Shown: positions 20,137-34,642, numbered from the stretch's first letter. The stretch: 64,000 bases of DNA from Gammaproteobacteria bacterium (GCA_024640085.1 JAHEFR010000073.1:347-64346); one strand, 5' to 3'. Numbers and translations: made by a program. Notes: generated by a model not told the origin, from the sequence alone.

Positions 20137-22995
20137 TCACGCCCTCTTCAGCCGCTTCTTTGTCGCCATGCTCCGCTCCAGCACCCGCGCCAGGTACTGG
20201 CCGGTGTAAGAGCCTTCTGTGGAGGCGACGTGTTCCGGCGTTCCCTGAGCGATCAGCCGGCCACCGCCGTCGCCACCCTCCGGTCCCAGATCGATGATCC
20301 AGTCCGCGGTCTTGATGACATCGAGATTGTGCTCGATCACGACCACGGTATTGCCGTGGTCCCTCAGTCTGTGCAACACGTGCAGCAACTGGGCAATGTC
20401 CTGGAAGTGCAGCCCGGTGGTCGGTTCGTCCAGGATGTAGAGCGTCTTGCCGGTATCGCGCTTGGAGAGTTCCTTGGCAAGCTTGACCCTCTGAGCCTCG
20501 CCGCCGGACAGCGTGGTCGCGTTCTGGCCGAGGTTGACGTAAGACAGGCCGACGTCCATCAGGGTCTGCAATTTGCGCTTGATCACCGGCACATTGGCGA
20601 AGAACACCAAGGCGTCCTCCACGGTCATCTCGAGGACTTCATGGATGTTCTTGCCCTTGTACCGGATCTCCAGCGTCTCGCGGTTATAACGCTTGCCCTT
20701 GCAGACGTCGCAGGCGACGTAGATATCCGGCAGGAAGTGCATCTCCACCTTGATCACGCCGTCGCCCTGGCAGGCTTCGCACCGGCCGCCCTTCACGTTG
20801 AAGCTGAAGCGGCCCGGCTTGTATCCCCGCGAGCGGGCTTCCTGGGTGCCGGCGAACAATTCGCGGATCGGCGTAAACAATCCGCTATACGTGGCAGGAT
20901 TCGATCGCGGCGTCCGGCCGATGGGGCTCTGGCTGATGTCGATGACCCGGTCGACCTGGCTCATACCCTCTATGGCGTCGTGCGGGGCCGGAGAGGCGGC
21001 GGAGCGATTCAGTTCCGAGGCAGTCGCCAGATAGAGGGTGTCGTTGATCAGTGTTGACTTGCCCGAACCCGACACCCCGGTCACGCAGGTCATGAGGCCC
21101 AGAGGGATGGCCACGTCCAGATTTTTCAGATTGTTACCACGGGCGCCGCGTATCATCAGTTCGCGATCTTTTTTCGGCCGGGTCCTCGACCCGGGCACTT
21201 CGATCCGGCGTCTGCCGGAAAGGTACTGACCTGTGAGAGAGGCGCTGTCCGCCATCACGGTCTCAGGTTTTCCCTGCACCACGATCTGCCCACCATGGAC
21301 CCCGGCTCCGGGGCCGATGTCCACGACGTAGTCCGCTGTCTGGATGGCTTCTTCGTCGTGCTCGACGACGATCACCGTATTACCGAGGTCGCGGAGATGC
21401 ACGAGAGTGTTGAGCAGCCTGCGATTGTCACGCTGGTGCAGGCCGATGGAGGGTTCGTCGAGGATATACATCACGCCTACCAGTCCGGACCCGATCTGGC
21501 TCGCCAGCCGGATGCGCTGGGCCTCGCCGCCAGACAGGGTCTCGGCGCTCCGGTCCAGGGAAAGATAGTCGAGGCCGACGTCCATCAAGAACCTGAGGCG
21601 GTCCCCGATCTCCTTGACGATTTTGCGCGCGATCTCTCCGCGCCATCCGGGCAGGTCGAGGGCGCTGAAAAACGCCTGCGCCTGGCCGACCGCCATGGAC
21701 GTTACCTCCGGAATACTGCGCTCGTTGACGAAGACATTGCGGGCCGCCTCGTTGAGCCGGGTGCCCCGGCACTTGGGGCAGGCCTGCACGCTGAGGTACT
21801 TGGCGAGTTCCTCCCGAACCGTGTTGGATTCCGTCTCCCGGTACCGGCGTTCCATGTTGGGGATGATCCCCTCGAACCGGTGCTTGCGCTTCATGGTCCC
21901 GCCGCGACCGTCCAGATAGCGGAACTCGATGACTTCGTCAGCGCTGCCGAACAGGATCTTCTTGCGGAGCGACTTGGGCAACTCCTGGAATGGCTGCTCG
22001 ATGTCGAAATCGTAATGATCGGCGAGGCACTGGATGAGCTGGAAATAGTAGGTGTTGCGCCGGTCCCAGCCGCGGATTGCGCCACCCGCCAGGCTGAGGT
22101 GCCGCTGGGAGGCCACGCGCTCGGGATCGAAGAACTGCCGGACCCCCAGCCCGTCGCAACTGTGGCACGCCCCGGCCGGATTGTTGAACGAAAACAATCG
22201 TGGTTCCAGTTCGGGGATGCTATAGCCGCATACGGGGCAGGCGAAGCGGTCTGAGAACAACAGTTCCTCGCGATCCGGTTCATCCATGAAGGCTACTGTC
22301 GCGACCCCGTCGGCGAGGCGCAGGGTGGTCTCGAAAGACTCCGCCAGCCTCAACGCCATGTCACCCCGCGCGCGAAAGCGGTCGACAACGGCCTCGATGG
22401 TGTGCTTCTTGTGCAGGTCCAGGTCGGGCGGGTCGTCGAGCTCGAAGACTTCGCCGTCTATCCTGGCGCGGATGAATCCCTGGCTTCGCAGATCCGCGAT
22501 CAGGTTGTGGTGCTCACCCTTGCGGTTCCTGACCACCGGCGCGAGCAGCATCAACCTCGTCTCCTCCGGAAGGGCGAGAACCTGGTCCACCATCTGGCTG
22601 ACGGTCTGGGCCTCCAGTTCTTCCGCGTGGGTGGGGCATTGTGGAGTCCCGGCCCGGGCGTAGAGCAGCCTGAGGTAATCGTAGATTTCGGTGACGGTGC
22701 CGACCGTGGACCTGGGGTTATGAGAGGTGGACTTCTGTTCGATGGAGATCGCTGGCGACAAACCCTCGATGCTGTCCACATCCGGTTTTTCCATCATGGA
22801 CAGAAACTGCCGGGCATAGGCCGACAGCGACTCCACGTAGCGTCGTTGGCCTTCGGCGTAGATGGTGTCGAACGCCAGGGAGGATTTTCCGGAGCCGGAC
22901 AGGCCGGTGACGACGATGAGCCGGTCACGGGGGAGGTCCAGATCAAGGTTCTGGAGATTGTGCGTCCGGGCGCCGCGTATCCTGATCAGATCCAT
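20137..22995 (-). CDS. uvrA: Excinuclease ABC subunit A
   Basis: [53 protein letters not shown], a second Walker [11 protein letters not shown], and zinc-finger CxxC pairs. The start at 22995 is 54 codons inside the track ORF. Confidence 0.96.
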   Translation of the reverse strand: MDLIRIRGARTHNLQNLDLDLPRDRLIVVTGLSGSGKSSLAFDTIYAEGQRRYVESLSAYARQFLSMMEKPDVDSIEGLSPAISIEQKSTSHNPRSTVGTVTEIYDYLRLLYARAGTPQCPTHAEELEAQTVSQMVDQVLALPEETRLMLLAPVVRNRKGEHHNLIADLRSQGFIRARIDGEVFELDDPPDLDLHKKHTIEAVVDRFRARGDMALRLAESFETTLRLADGVATVAFMDEPDREELLFSDRFACPVCGYSIPELEPRLFSFNNPAGACHSCDGLGVRQFFDPERVASQRHLSLAGGAIRGWDRRNTYYFQLIQCLADHYDFDIEQPFQELPKSLRKKILFGSADEVIEFRYLDGRGGTMKRKHRFEGIIPNMERRYRETESNTVREELAKYLSVQACPKCRGTRLNEAARNVFVNERSIPEVTSMAVGQAQAFFSALDLPGWRGEIARKIVKEIGDRLRFLMDVGLDYLSLDRSAETLSGGEAQRIRLASQIGSGLVGVMYILDEPSIGLHQRDNRRLLNTLVHLRDLGNTVIVVEHDEEAIQTADYVVDIGPGAGVHGGQIVVQGKPETVMADSASLTGQYLSGRRRIEVPGSRTRPKKDRELMIRGARGNNLKNLDVAIPLGLMTCVTGVSGSGKSTLINDTLYLATASELNRSAASPAPHDAIEGMSQVDRVIDISQSPIGRTPRSNPATYSGLFTPIRELFAGTQEARSRGYKPGRFSFNVKGGRCEACQGDGVIKVEMHFLPDIYVACDVCKGKRYNRETLEIRYKGKNIHEVLEMTVEDALVFFANVPVIKRKLQTLMDVGLSYVNLGQNATTLSGGEAQRVKLAKELSKRDTGKTLYILDEPTTGLHFQDIAQLLHVLHRLRDHGNTVVVIEHNLDVIKTADWIIDLGPEGGDGGGRLIAQGTPEHVASTEGSYTGQYLARVLERSMATKKRLKRA

Positions 22996-23084
22996 ACTCT
23001 GAGACGTTTCGGGAGGCAATCTCCAACTATACCCGCAATACTTCAGTGCAGCCAAAACCCCGATTCTGTTGCCGCGCAACCCCT

Positions 23085-23100
23085 GGAAACGGGTGTTTCC
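23085..23100. promoter_or_regulatory. Perfect 6-4-6 palindrome in the uvrA/ssb divergent region (candidate operator)
   Basis: GGAAAC-gggt-GTTTCC at 23085-23100. No CTGT-N8-ACAG LexA box was visible anywhere in 22996-23175. Confidence 0.2.
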
Positions 23101-23175
23101 GGATGAGTTTTTGTGGTGGTGCGGGTACAATGGAGAGCTTAACTTTTGGCCAACCAAATCCCACCAGGAGCTGCC

Positions 23176-23616
23176 ATGGCCCGCGGCATAAATAAAGTCA
23201 TTCTCGTCGGCAATCTGGGTGCAGACCCCGAGACCCGCTACACACCCAGCGGCTCTGCGGTAACGAAGATCCGGATCGCCACATCAGAGTCGTGGAAGGA
23301 CCGCCAGACCGGTGAACGCCAGGAGCGCACGGAATGGCACCGGATCGTTTTCTTCGGCCGACTGGCCGAGATCGCCGGCGAATACCTCAAGAAGGGATCG
23401 CAGGTCTATGTCGAAGGCAGCCTGCGGACCGACAAGTGGCAGGACCAGTCCGGGCAGGACCGATATACCACCGAGATCGTGGCCAACGAAATGCAGATGC
23501 TAGGTGGCCGCGCGGGGGCTGGCGCGCCTGCTTCCAGCGACGATTCCAGAGGTGTCGGCTCCTCCGAACCGTCAACGGCACGGGAGCCCGCACTGGACGA
23601 CGACATCCCTTTCTAG
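23176..23616 (+). CDS. ssb: Single-stranded DNA-binding protein
   Basis: [30 protein letters not shown]...[30 protein letters not shown], with the C-terminal acidic tip DDDIPF. Confidence 0.96.
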   Translation: MARGINKVILVGNLGADPETRYTPSGSAVTKIRIATSESWKDRQTGERQERTEWHRIVFFGRLAEIAGEYLKKGSQVYVEGSLRTDKWQDQSGQDRYTTEIVANEMQMLGGRAGAGAPASSDDSRGVGSSEPSTAREPALDDDIPF

Positions 23617-23692
23617 CCAAGCACCCGAATTGTCATGAATGTGCCGCGCCCCGGTCCGACCGGGCGGCGGCGCATCTTTTATGGAGCCGATA

Positions 23693-25423
23693 ATGGACGC
23701 CAGAGAGAGTACGTATGAAATGATCCAGCCCCACGGCGGCGTGCTGGTGGATCTGTACCTGTTCGAGGAGGAAGCCGACGCGGAGCGCGACAAGGCGCGG
23801 GACCTGAAATCATGGGACCTCTCCCCCCGGCAGCTGTGCGATATCGAGATGCTGCTGAACGGCGCTTTTTCGCCCCTCACCGGCTTTCTCGGACGCGCCG
23901 ACTACGAATCCGTGGTGGAGACCATGCGTCTCGCGGACGGCACCCTGTGGCCGATTCCCGTGACTCTGGACGTCCGGCAAGATTTTGCCGATTCCATCGC
24001 CGCGGGGGATGAGATCGCCCTGCGGGATCAGGAGGGTGTGCTGATCGCCACCCTGTCGGTCGAGGATATTTACACGCCGGATCGGGTGGCCGAGGCGCGG
24101 GCCGTGTTCGGCACCGACGACGCGGCGCATCCCGGCGTCCACTACCTGATGCACCAGTCCAATCCGGTCTACGTTGGCGGACGCTTGCGCGGGGTCGAGT
24201 CCCCGATCCATTACGACTTCCGGCACCTCAGGGACACTCCCGCAGAACTGCGGCAGCGGTTTTCCAAGCTCGGGTGGCGCAAGGTGGTGGCGTTCCAGAC
24301 CCGCAACCCCATGCATCGGGCGCACCAGGAACTGACGTTCCGCGCGGCCAGGCAGGTCGAGGCCAATCTCCTGATCCACCCGGTGGTGGGTATGACCAAG
24401 CCCGGCGACGTGGATCACTACACTCGCGTGCGGTGCTACGAACATCTGCTCGGCCACTATCCCGAGCAGACGACGACCCTGAGCCTGCTTCCCCTTGCGA
24501 TGCGCATGGCGGGCCCGAGGGAAGCGCTCTGGCACGCGCTGATCCGGAAGAATTACGGGTGCACGCACTTCGTCGTCGGTCGCGATCACGCCGGTCCCGG
24601 CCAGGACAGCAAGGGAAATGATTTCTATGGGCCCTATGACGCCCAGGAATTGCTCAAGGCGCACCAGGCCGAGATCGGGATCGAGATGGTTCCCTTCCAG
24701 ATGGTGGTCTACGTGGAAGATCGTGCCCAGTACGTGCCAGTGGATGAGACCCTGGAAGGCGACACGGTGTTGAATATCTCGGGGACGGAGTTTCGCCGAC
24801 GTTTGCAGGAAGGGCTGGAGATCCCGCATTGGTTCTCCTACCCGGAGGTCATCCAGGAATTGCGGAAGACCCATCCGCCGAGGCACCGGCAGGGTCTCAC
24901 GATCTTCTTCACCGGCCTGTCGGGCGCGGGCAAGTCCACTATCGCCAATGCCCTCATGGTCAAGCTGATGGAGTTGGGCGGGCGCAGGGTTACGCTCCTG
25001 GATGGCGACGTGGTCCGCAAGAACCTCTCCAGCGAGCTGGGATTCTCCCGCGAGCACAGGGATTTGAACATCCTTCGGATCGGTTACGTGGCCAGCGAGA
25101 TCACCAAGAACGGCGGCATCGCGATCTGTGCGCCGATCGCCCCTTATACGGCAACCCGCAGGCAGGTCCGGGACATGGTGGAGGAGGTCGGTGGCTTCGT
25201 GGAGATACACGTCGCCACTCCCATCGACATCTGCGAGCAGCGTGACCGCAAGGGTCTTTACGCCAAGGCCCGGGCCGGAATCATCAAGGAGTTCACCGGC
25301 ATCAGCGACCCCTACGAGGCGCCAGAGGCGGCCGAAATCGTTATCGACACGCAGGCCATGACTCCCGACGAGGCTGCTCACCGCGTCATCGTGAAGCTCG
25401 AGAGCCTCGGCTATATACGATGA
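23693..25423 (+). CDS. sat: Bifunctional sulfate adenylyltransferase / adenylylsulfate kinase
   Basis: ATP-sulfurylase core FQTRNPMHRAHQELT and VVGRDHAGPG. The C-terminal APS-kinase module has an intact P-loop, FFTGLSGAGKSTIA. The ATG at 23693 has GGAG 6 nt upstream; an in-frame ATG at 23681 is also possible. Confidence 0.88.
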   Translation: MDARESTYEMIQPHGGVLVDLYLFEEEADAERDKARDLKSWDLSPRQLCDIEMLLNGAFSPLTGFLGRADYESVVETMRLADGTLWPIPVTLDVRQDFADSIAAGDEIALRDQEGVLIATLSVEDIYTPDRVAEARAVFGTDDAAHPGVHYLMHQSNPVYVGGRLRGVESPIHYDFRHLRDTPAELRQRFSKLGWRKVVAFQTRNPMHRAHQELTFRAARQVEANLLIHPVVGMTKPGDVDHYTRVRCYEHLLGHYPEQTTTLSLLPLAMRMAGPREALWHALIRKNYGCTHFVVGRDHAGPGQDSKGNDFYGPYDAQELLKAHQAEIGIEMVPFQMVVYVEDRAQYVPVDETLEGDTVLNISGTEFRRRLQEGLEIPHWFSYPEVIQELRKTHPPRHRQGLTIFFTGLSGAGKSTIANALMVKLMELGGRRVTLLDGDVVRKNLSSELGFSREHRDLNILRIGYVASEITKNGGIAICAPIAPYTATRRQVRDMVEEVGGFVEIHVATPIDICEQRDRKGLYAKARAGIIKEFTGISDPYEAPEAAEIVIDTQAMTPDEAAHRVIVKLESLGYIR

Positions 25424-25480
25424 GCCGTTTGGAGGAACGGGCGTCCAAATAGTACCTTAGGGCTGTTCGGGGGACGCAGG

Positions 25481-26818
25481 ATGCCTGGGAAACTATTCAT
25501 CAAGACCTTCGGGTGCCAGATGAACGAGTACGATTCGGCGAAGATGGCCGATGTGCTCAGGGACTCCCATGGCCTCGAGCTGGCCCCGGATCCGGAAGCT
25601 GCGGACGTATTGCTGCTGAACACCTGCTCCGTCCGGGAGAAGGCACAGGAGAAGGTGTTCTCGCTGCTCGGGCGGTGGAAGCGGCTCAAGTCCGAGAATC
25701 CGGGGCTGATCATCGGCGTGGGTGGCTGCGTGGCGAGCCAGGAGGGCGACGGGATCATGGGTCGGGCTCCCCAGGTAGACCTTGTCTTTGGCCCCCAGAC
25801 CCTGCATCGGCTGCCCGAGATGATCGAGTCGGTTCGCGCCGGCCGCCCGGTCGTCGACGTGTCCTTCCCGGAAATCGAAAAGTTCGATCGCCTGCCCGAG
25901 CCGCGGGCAGAGGGCCCCGGCGCCTTCGTGTCGATCATGGAGGGCTGCAGCAAGTACTGCAGTTTCTGTGTCGTGCCCTACACCCGGGGGGAAGAGATCA
26001 GCCGGCCCTTCGACGACGTCGTGGCCGAGGTCGTCAAGCTCGCCGGGCAGGGGGTCAGCGAGATCACCTTCCTGGGTCAGAACGTCAACGCATACAGGGG
26101 TGTCATGCACGACGGTGCCGCCTGTGATCTGGCCTACCTGATTCGCTTTGTCGCGGCCGTGCAAGGCATCCGACGCATCCGCTTCACGACCTCCCATCCT
26201 CTGGAATTCTCCACCAGCCTGGTGGAGGCCTACAGGGACGTCCCGCAGCTGGCCGGATTCCTGCATCTGCCTGTGCAGAGCGGTTCGGATCGGGTCCTCG
26301 CGATGATGAAACGCGGCCACACGGCCCTGGAATACAAGCAGAAGATCCGGAGGCTGCGAGAGGCGCGGCCGGGCATCAGCATCTCGTCGGATTTCATCGT
26401 GGGATTCCCCGGCGAGACAGATCGTGATTTCGAGGCCACAATGGATCTCATCGCCGAGGTAGGCTTCGACCAGTCCTTCAGCTTCATCTACAGCCGCCGC
26501 CCCGGGACTCCGGCGGCGTCACTGCCCGACGATGTGCCCATGGAAGTGAAACGGGAGAGGCTGGCAATCCTGCAATCGCGGATCAACCAGCAGGCAATGG
26601 AGATCAGTCGGGCGATGGTGGGAGGGATCCAGCGGATTCTCGTGGAGCGGCCGGCGAGGAAGGACCCCCGCCAGCTGGCCGGGCGGACGGAGAATATGCG
26701 CTGGGTGAATTTCGACGGGCCCGAATCACTGATCGGGCGATTCGCCGACGTGGTCATCACCGAGGCCCTGCCGAATTCCCTTCGCGGCCGCATCGCTGAT
26801 GCGTCGCAGGCGGCGTGA
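25481..26818 (+). CDS. miaB: tRNA-2-methylthio-N6-dimethylallyladenosine synthase
   Basis: [23 protein letters not shown] (UPF0004 domain), radical-SAM motif [16 protein letters not shown], and a C-terminal TRAM domain. Confidence 0.95.
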   Translation: MPGKLFIKTFGCQMNEYDSAKMADVLRDSHGLELAPDPEAADVLLLNTCSVREKAQEKVFSLLGRWKRLKSENPGLIIGVGGCVASQEGDGIMGRAPQVDLVFGPQTLHRLPEMIESVRAGRPVVDVSFPEIEKFDRLPEPRAEGPGAFVSIMEGCSKYCSFCVVPYTRGEEISRPFDDVVAEVVKLAGQGVSEITFLGQNVNAYRGVMHDGAACDLAYLIRFVAAVQGIRRIRFTTSHPLEFSTSLVEAYRDVPQLAGFLHLPVQSGSDRVLAMMKRGHTALEYKQKIRRLREARPGISISSDFIVGFPGETDRDFEATMDLIAEVGFDQSFSFIYSRRPGTPAASLPDDVPMEVKRERLAILQSRINQQAMEISRAMVGGIQRILVERPARKDPRQLAGRTENMRWVNFDGPESLIGRFADVVITEALPNSLRGRIADASQAA

Positions 26819-26830
26819 GACGGAGGCGGG

Positions 26831-27817
26831 TTGCAGCAAAAAGCAGACGTCACAGTCGATCTGATCCTCGAGCCGATGGACAACGAGCGGCTGATCAACC
26901 TCTGTGGACAGTTCGACGAGAATCTGCGGCGTATCGAGGACGGGCTCGATATTAGTGTGAGTAACCGCGGCAACCACTTCCATATCAGCGGGGACGCCGG
27001 CAAGGTCAACGAGGCAGCCCGTGTTCTGAGCGGCCTCTACGAACTCGCTGCGGACGAGTTCATCAGTCCTGAACGCGTGCATATCGCGGTACAGGAGAGT
27101 GGCATGGAGCCGGTCCCCGACAGCGGAGAATCCGGCGCCGCTTTCTGCATGGATACGCCGCGGAGGCGGATCCACCCCAGAGGGGCCAATCAGGCCGCCT
27201 ACCTGAGGAGGATCCGAGACAACGACTTGAACTTCGGCATCGGTCCGGCGGGGACCGGCAAGACCTACCTCGCCGTGGCCGCTGCCGTCTCCGCGCTGGA
27301 GACCGAGGAGGTCCGTCGTATCGTCCTGGTGAGGCCGGCAGTGGAGGCGGGGGAGCGGCTGGGATTCCTGCCCGGGGACATGGCCCAAAAAGTAGATCCG
27401 TACCTTCGGCCGATGTATGACGCTCTCTACGAAATGATGGGTTTCGAACGGGTCGGCCGACTGATCGAGCGCAGCGTCATCGAGGTGGCTCCGCTGGCGT
27501 TCATGCGCGGCCGGACTCTGAACGAGGCTTTCATCATCCTCGACGAGGCTCAAAACACCACGATCGAGCAGATGAAGATGTTCCTCACCCGGATCGGCTT
27601 TGGATCCAGCGCTGTGGTCACAGGGGACGTCACCCAGACCGATCTTCCGGGCAGTCGCCGGTCGGGACTCAGTAACGCCGCGGACGTCCTGGACGGCGTC
27701 AAGGGCGTCGGATTTACCTTCTTCACCTCGCGGGACGTGGTCAGACACGCCCTCGTTCAGCGCATCGTCGAGGCCTACGACGCCGCCAGCGAGGCGGTCG
27801 GGAAGGACGACGCTTGA
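26831..27817 (+). CDS. ybeZ: PhoH-like ATPase
   Basis: [21 protein letters not shown] (Walker A) and [19 protein letters not shown] (Walker B). TTG start. Part of the conserved miaB-ybeZ-ybeY-corC-lnt cluster. Confidence 0.9.
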   Translation: MQQKADVTVDLILEPMDNERLINLCGQFDENLRRIEDGLDISVSNRGNHFHISGDAGKVNEAARVLSGLYELAADEFISPERVHIAVQESGMEPVPDSGESGAAFCMDTPRRRIHPRGANQAAYLRRIRDNDLNFGIGPAGTGKTYLAVAAAVSALETEEVRRIVLVRPAVEAGERLGFLPGDMAQKVDPYLRPMYDALYEMMGFERVGRLIERSVIEVAPLAFMRGRTLNEAFIILDEAQNTTIEQMKMFLTRIGFGSSAVVTGDVTQTDLPGSRRSGLSNAADVLDGVKGVGFTFFTSRDVVRHALVQRIVEAYDAASEAVGKDDA

Positions 27818-28308
27818 TGGGCGTGGAGGTGGACCTGCAGGTGGCGGACCCGGGTCCGTCGGTGCCGACGGAGGAGCAGATACGCGAGTGGGTGGAGGCG
27901 GCCGTGGGCGATGCTTTCGAGTGCGCCGAGCTGAGCGTGCGGATCGTCGATCCGACCGAAAGCCTCCATCTCAACGAACGATACCGTGGCGTCCGGAAGG
28001 CCACCAACGTTCTGTCGTTTCCGGCAGATCTCCCGCCGGAGATCGTCCCGCCGCTGCTCGGGGATCTCGTGATCTGTCGTCAGATCGTCGACCTCGAGGC
28101 GGCGCAGCAGGGCAAGCACGGGGAAGCCCATTGGGCGCATATGGTGATCCACGGGACCTTGCACCTGGTCGGCCACGACCATCGGACGGAGGAGGAGGCG
28201 GGAGAGATGGAGACGCTCGAGGTGCAGATTCTCGCGAGTCTCGGGTATCCTGACCCCTACGGGGCCGATGATCGCGGAAGCCCGTCGGCAGGTTCCGCGG
28301 CGCGGTAG
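27817..28308 (+). CDS. ybeY: rRNA maturation endoribonuclease YbeY
   Basis: MVIHGTLHLVGHDH is the zinc-binding HxxxHxxxxxH motif. The ATG overlaps the ybeZ stop. Confidence 0.93.
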   Translation: MGVEVDLQVADPGPSVPTEEQIREWVEAAVGDAFECAELSVRIVDPTESLHLNERYRGVRKATNVLSFPADLPPEIVPPLLGDLVICRQIVDLEAAQQGKHGEAHWAHMVIHGTLHLVGHDHRTEEEAGEMETLEVQILASLGYPDPYGADDRGSPSAGSAAR

Positions 28309-28317
28309 AGGGAAGAA

Positions 28318-29187
28318 ATGTCCGACGACCAACCTCCGAGTAGAGACCCGAGAGAACGAGCCGGCTGGTTCGGGCGACTGCTCAGGAAGTTCGGGGCACA
28401 CCCAAAGGATCGAGCGGACTTGATCGACATGCTGCGCGAGGCACGCCGCGACCAGCTGTTCGACGACGAAGAAGAGATGATGCTGGAGGGAGTCCTGGAC
28501 GTCTCTGAACTCCAGGTCAGGGACATCATGATCCCGCGCTCCCAGATGGTCGTGCTCGAACGGGACGACGATCCGCCCAAACTGCTCGAGACCATAATCG
28601 AGTCGGGCCATTCCCGCTTTCCGGTCATCGGGGAAGACCGGGACGAGGTCGTCGGCATCCTCCTGGCAAAGGACCTGCTGCGGTTCTTCGCAGAGCACAG
28701 CGGCGGGCGGTTCAACATCCGCGAAGTGCTCCGCCCGGCCGTCTTCATCCCGGAGAGCAAACGCCTCAATGTACTGCTTCGGGAGTTCCGGGTCAGCCAT
28801 AACCACATGGCCATCGTCGTCGACGAGTACGGCGGCGTCTCCGGACTGCTGACCATCGAAGACGTGATCGAGCAAATCGTCGGCGACATCGGCGACGAGC
28901 ACGATCCCGACGAGATCGCGTACTTCCAGCAGGAGTCCACTGGCGTGTATACCGTGCGCGCCCTGGCGCGCATCGATGACTTCAACGAGGAATTCGGCAC
29001 TGCCTTCAGCGACGAGGAATTCGACACCATCGGTGGCCTGGTCATCAGCCAGCTGGGCCGGCTGCCGCGGCGTGGCGAAGTGGTCACCCTGGAGGGCGTC
29101 CAGTTTACGGTGCTGAAGGCCGATCGTCGGCGGGTCTACGCCATGCGCGCCCGTTTTCCCGGAGCCCCCGCCGCCGAGGCGGAGTGA
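28318..29187 (+). CDS. corC: Magnesium/cobalt efflux protein CorC (CBS pair + CorC_HlyC)
   Basis: MLEGVLDVSELQVRDIMIPRSQM...HSRFPV...HNHMAIVVDEYGGVSGLLTIEDVIEQIVGDI matches CorC. Confidence 0.9.
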   Translation: MSDDQPPSRDPRERAGWFGRLLRKFGAHPKDRADLIDMLREARRDQLFDDEEEMMLEGVLDVSELQVRDIMIPRSQMVVLERDDDPPKLLETIIESGHSRFPVIGEDRDEVVGILLAKDLLRFFAEHSGGRFNIREVLRPAVFIPESKRLNVLLREFRVSHNHMAIVVDEYGGVSGLLTIEDVIEQIVGDIGDEHDPDEIAYFQQESTGVYTVRALARIDDFNEEFGTAFSDEEFDTIGGLVISQLGRLPRRGEVVTLEGVQFTVLKADRRRVYAMRARFPGAPAAEAE

Positions 29188-29197
29188 CCGCCGGACC

Positions 29198-33219
<4,022 letters not shown>

Positions 33220-33228
33220 CGCCGGGAT

Positions 33229-33732
33229 ATGCGTCACGCCCGCCGAATCCTGCTGATCGCCTGCCTGCTCACGGTCGCCCACGGCTGCGGCTTCCGAATG
33301 CAAGGGCGGGCGGAATACAACCCTGACCTGGAGACCGTCTATCTCCAGGTGCCGGATAATGCGACACCGCTGGCAAAGGCACTTCGACGGTCGCTGGCGG
33401 TCGCGCACGTGACACTGGTAGATGATGCAACAGCGGCAACGGCGATCCTGCAGGTCGTCAGCGACGACACCGGCCGGAGCGTGGAGTCGGTGACGCCCCA
33501 GAACCGGCCTCGTGAGTATCGTATCTACTATCGGGCGACCTACCGGGTCCTGTCCGGTGGCAAGGCACTGCTGGACAACCAGCGTGTCATCCGGACACGG
33601 GTCTATACCTACGACGAAACCGAGGTCCTTGCCAAGGCCCACGAGGAGGAGATGCTGCGCACAGCCCTGGCCCGGGAGATTGCCGGCGTCATCACGAGGA
33701 GACTGGCCAACATCCAGGAGCCCGCTTCGTGA
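33229..33732 (+). CDS. lptE: LPS-assembly lipoprotein LptE
   Basis: Lipobox LTVAHG-C followed by GFRMQG (compare E. coli GCGWHLR). About 167 aa, in the canonical position directly after leuS. Confidence 0.82.
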   Translation: MRHARRILLIACLLTVAHGCGFRMQGRAEYNPDLETVYLQVPDNATPLAKALRRSLAVAHVTLVDDATAATAILQVVSDDTGRSVESVTPQNRPREYRIYYRATYRVLSGGKALLDNQRVIRTRVYTYDETEVLAKAHEEEMLRTALAREIAGVITRRLANIQEPAS

Positions 33733-34262
33733 CGGTGCTCCGTTGCGGCGACCTGCCGTCTGAAGCCCTGATGGAGATCCTGTCCGGGTATGGCATCCGG
33801 AGGGAGCAGGTGGCTCCCGGGGCGGCGATCCCGGGCAGCTACTGGGGCGAACCCGAAGCCGGGCTGATGGCAGACCGCCTGTTTCTGCGGGACGACACGC
33901 CCGTCCATTCTGCCCTCCACGAAGCCTGCCACCTCATCTGCATGACCCCTGATCGAAGGGCTGCATTGCAGGGGGACGCGGGCGGGGATTACCAGGAGGA
34001 AAGTGGGGTCTGTTACCTTCAGATCGTGCTTTCAGACTCCATCCCGGGTCTGGGGCGGGACCGGATGTTTCAGGACATGGACGAGTGGGGCTACAGCTTC
34101 CGGCTGGGCTCGTCGTCCGAGTGGTTTCGGCGGGACGCGGACGATGCCCGCGCGTGGCTGGTATATCAGGGTCTGCTGGACGGGAGTGGCCGGCCCACAT
34201 GGCGGATGCGGGCCCCTGAAGCCTGGCGAGCGATTGAGGCAACTGGAGAACCCTCGCGATGA
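33729..34262 (+). CDS. Hypothetical small HExxH-motif protein (putative zinc hydrolase)
   Basis: GC3-rich ORF with a GTGA overlap onto the lptE stop. Contains SALHEACHLICM (H64-E-x-x-H68, nt 33918-33932) with E90/E91 22-23 residues downstream. No signal peptide or TM segment seen, and no family recognised. Alternative start at ATG 33771. Confidence 0.55.
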   Translation: MTVLRCGDLPSEALMEILSGYGIRREQVAPGAAIPGSYWGEPEAGLMADRLFLRDDTPVHSALHEACHLICMTPDRRAALQGDAGGDYQEESGVCYLQIVLSDSIPGLGRDRMFQDMDEWGYSFRLGSSSEWFRRDADDARAWLVYQGLLDGSGRPTWRMRAPEAWRAIEATGEPSR

Positions 34263-34633
34263 TTGATCTCATCCTCGAGATTTTCGGGCATTTGGCCATC
34301 GACCAGGCGCGCAAGGGCGAGCCATCGGGGGACAGCGGCGTCGTGCCGGTCAAGGGTTCGCCCCGCTTGCGGGCGTTGGAGCGGGACCACGAACGCCTCA
34401 AGCTTCTGACCATGGCCCTATGGGAAGTGTTGTCCGAACGGCTGAACATCGATGAGCAGGAACTGCGCCGGCGGGTCATGGACCTGGATCTGCTCGACGG
34501 GCGGGAGGATGGACGCTTGCGGTTGCGAGAGCCACCGCGCAAATGCACCGCCTGCGGGAGACCGATGCTCAGAAGCGCTGCCGCCTGTCCCTACTGCGGC
34601 GAAGAGAGCGCGGACCTGCCGTTGTTCCGCTGA
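34259..34633 (+). CDS. Hypothetical protein with C-terminal zinc ribbon
   Basis: ATGA overlap with the preceding ORF. Charged helical region, then C96-TA-C99-x10-C110-PY-C113 (nt 34544-34597). No family recognised. Confidence 0.5.
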   Translation: MIDLILEIFGHLAIDQARKGEPSGDSGVVPVKGSPRLRALERDHERLKLLTMALWEVLSERLNIDEQELRRRVMDLDLLDGREDGRLRLREPPRKCTACGRPMLRSAAACPYCGEESADLPLFR

Positions 34634-34642
34634 GCGTCCGCT

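Noticed and set aside
22996-23157. Upstream in-frame extensions of track ORFs. These are uvrA 23157, leuS 30670, secY 9071, nadD 38567, pmbA 53059, ssb 23146, rplC 215, the beta-propeller gene 20140 and djlA 57609.
   Set aside because: In each case the conserved family N-terminus begins at an internal start codon. The extension would overlap the neighbouring gene or lacks protein-like composition.
23640-23680. GC-rich hairpin cccggt-ccg-accggg followed by TTTT after ssb, considered as a terminator
   Set aside because: The stem is only 6 bp perfect with mismatched extensions, and the T-run abuts the sat start region. It is too weak to call.
23810-25381. 523-aa minus-strand ORF antisense to the sat/APS-kinase gene
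   Set aside because: The plus-strand product has complete ATP sulfurylase and APS kinase signatures. The antisense translation is non-protein-like.
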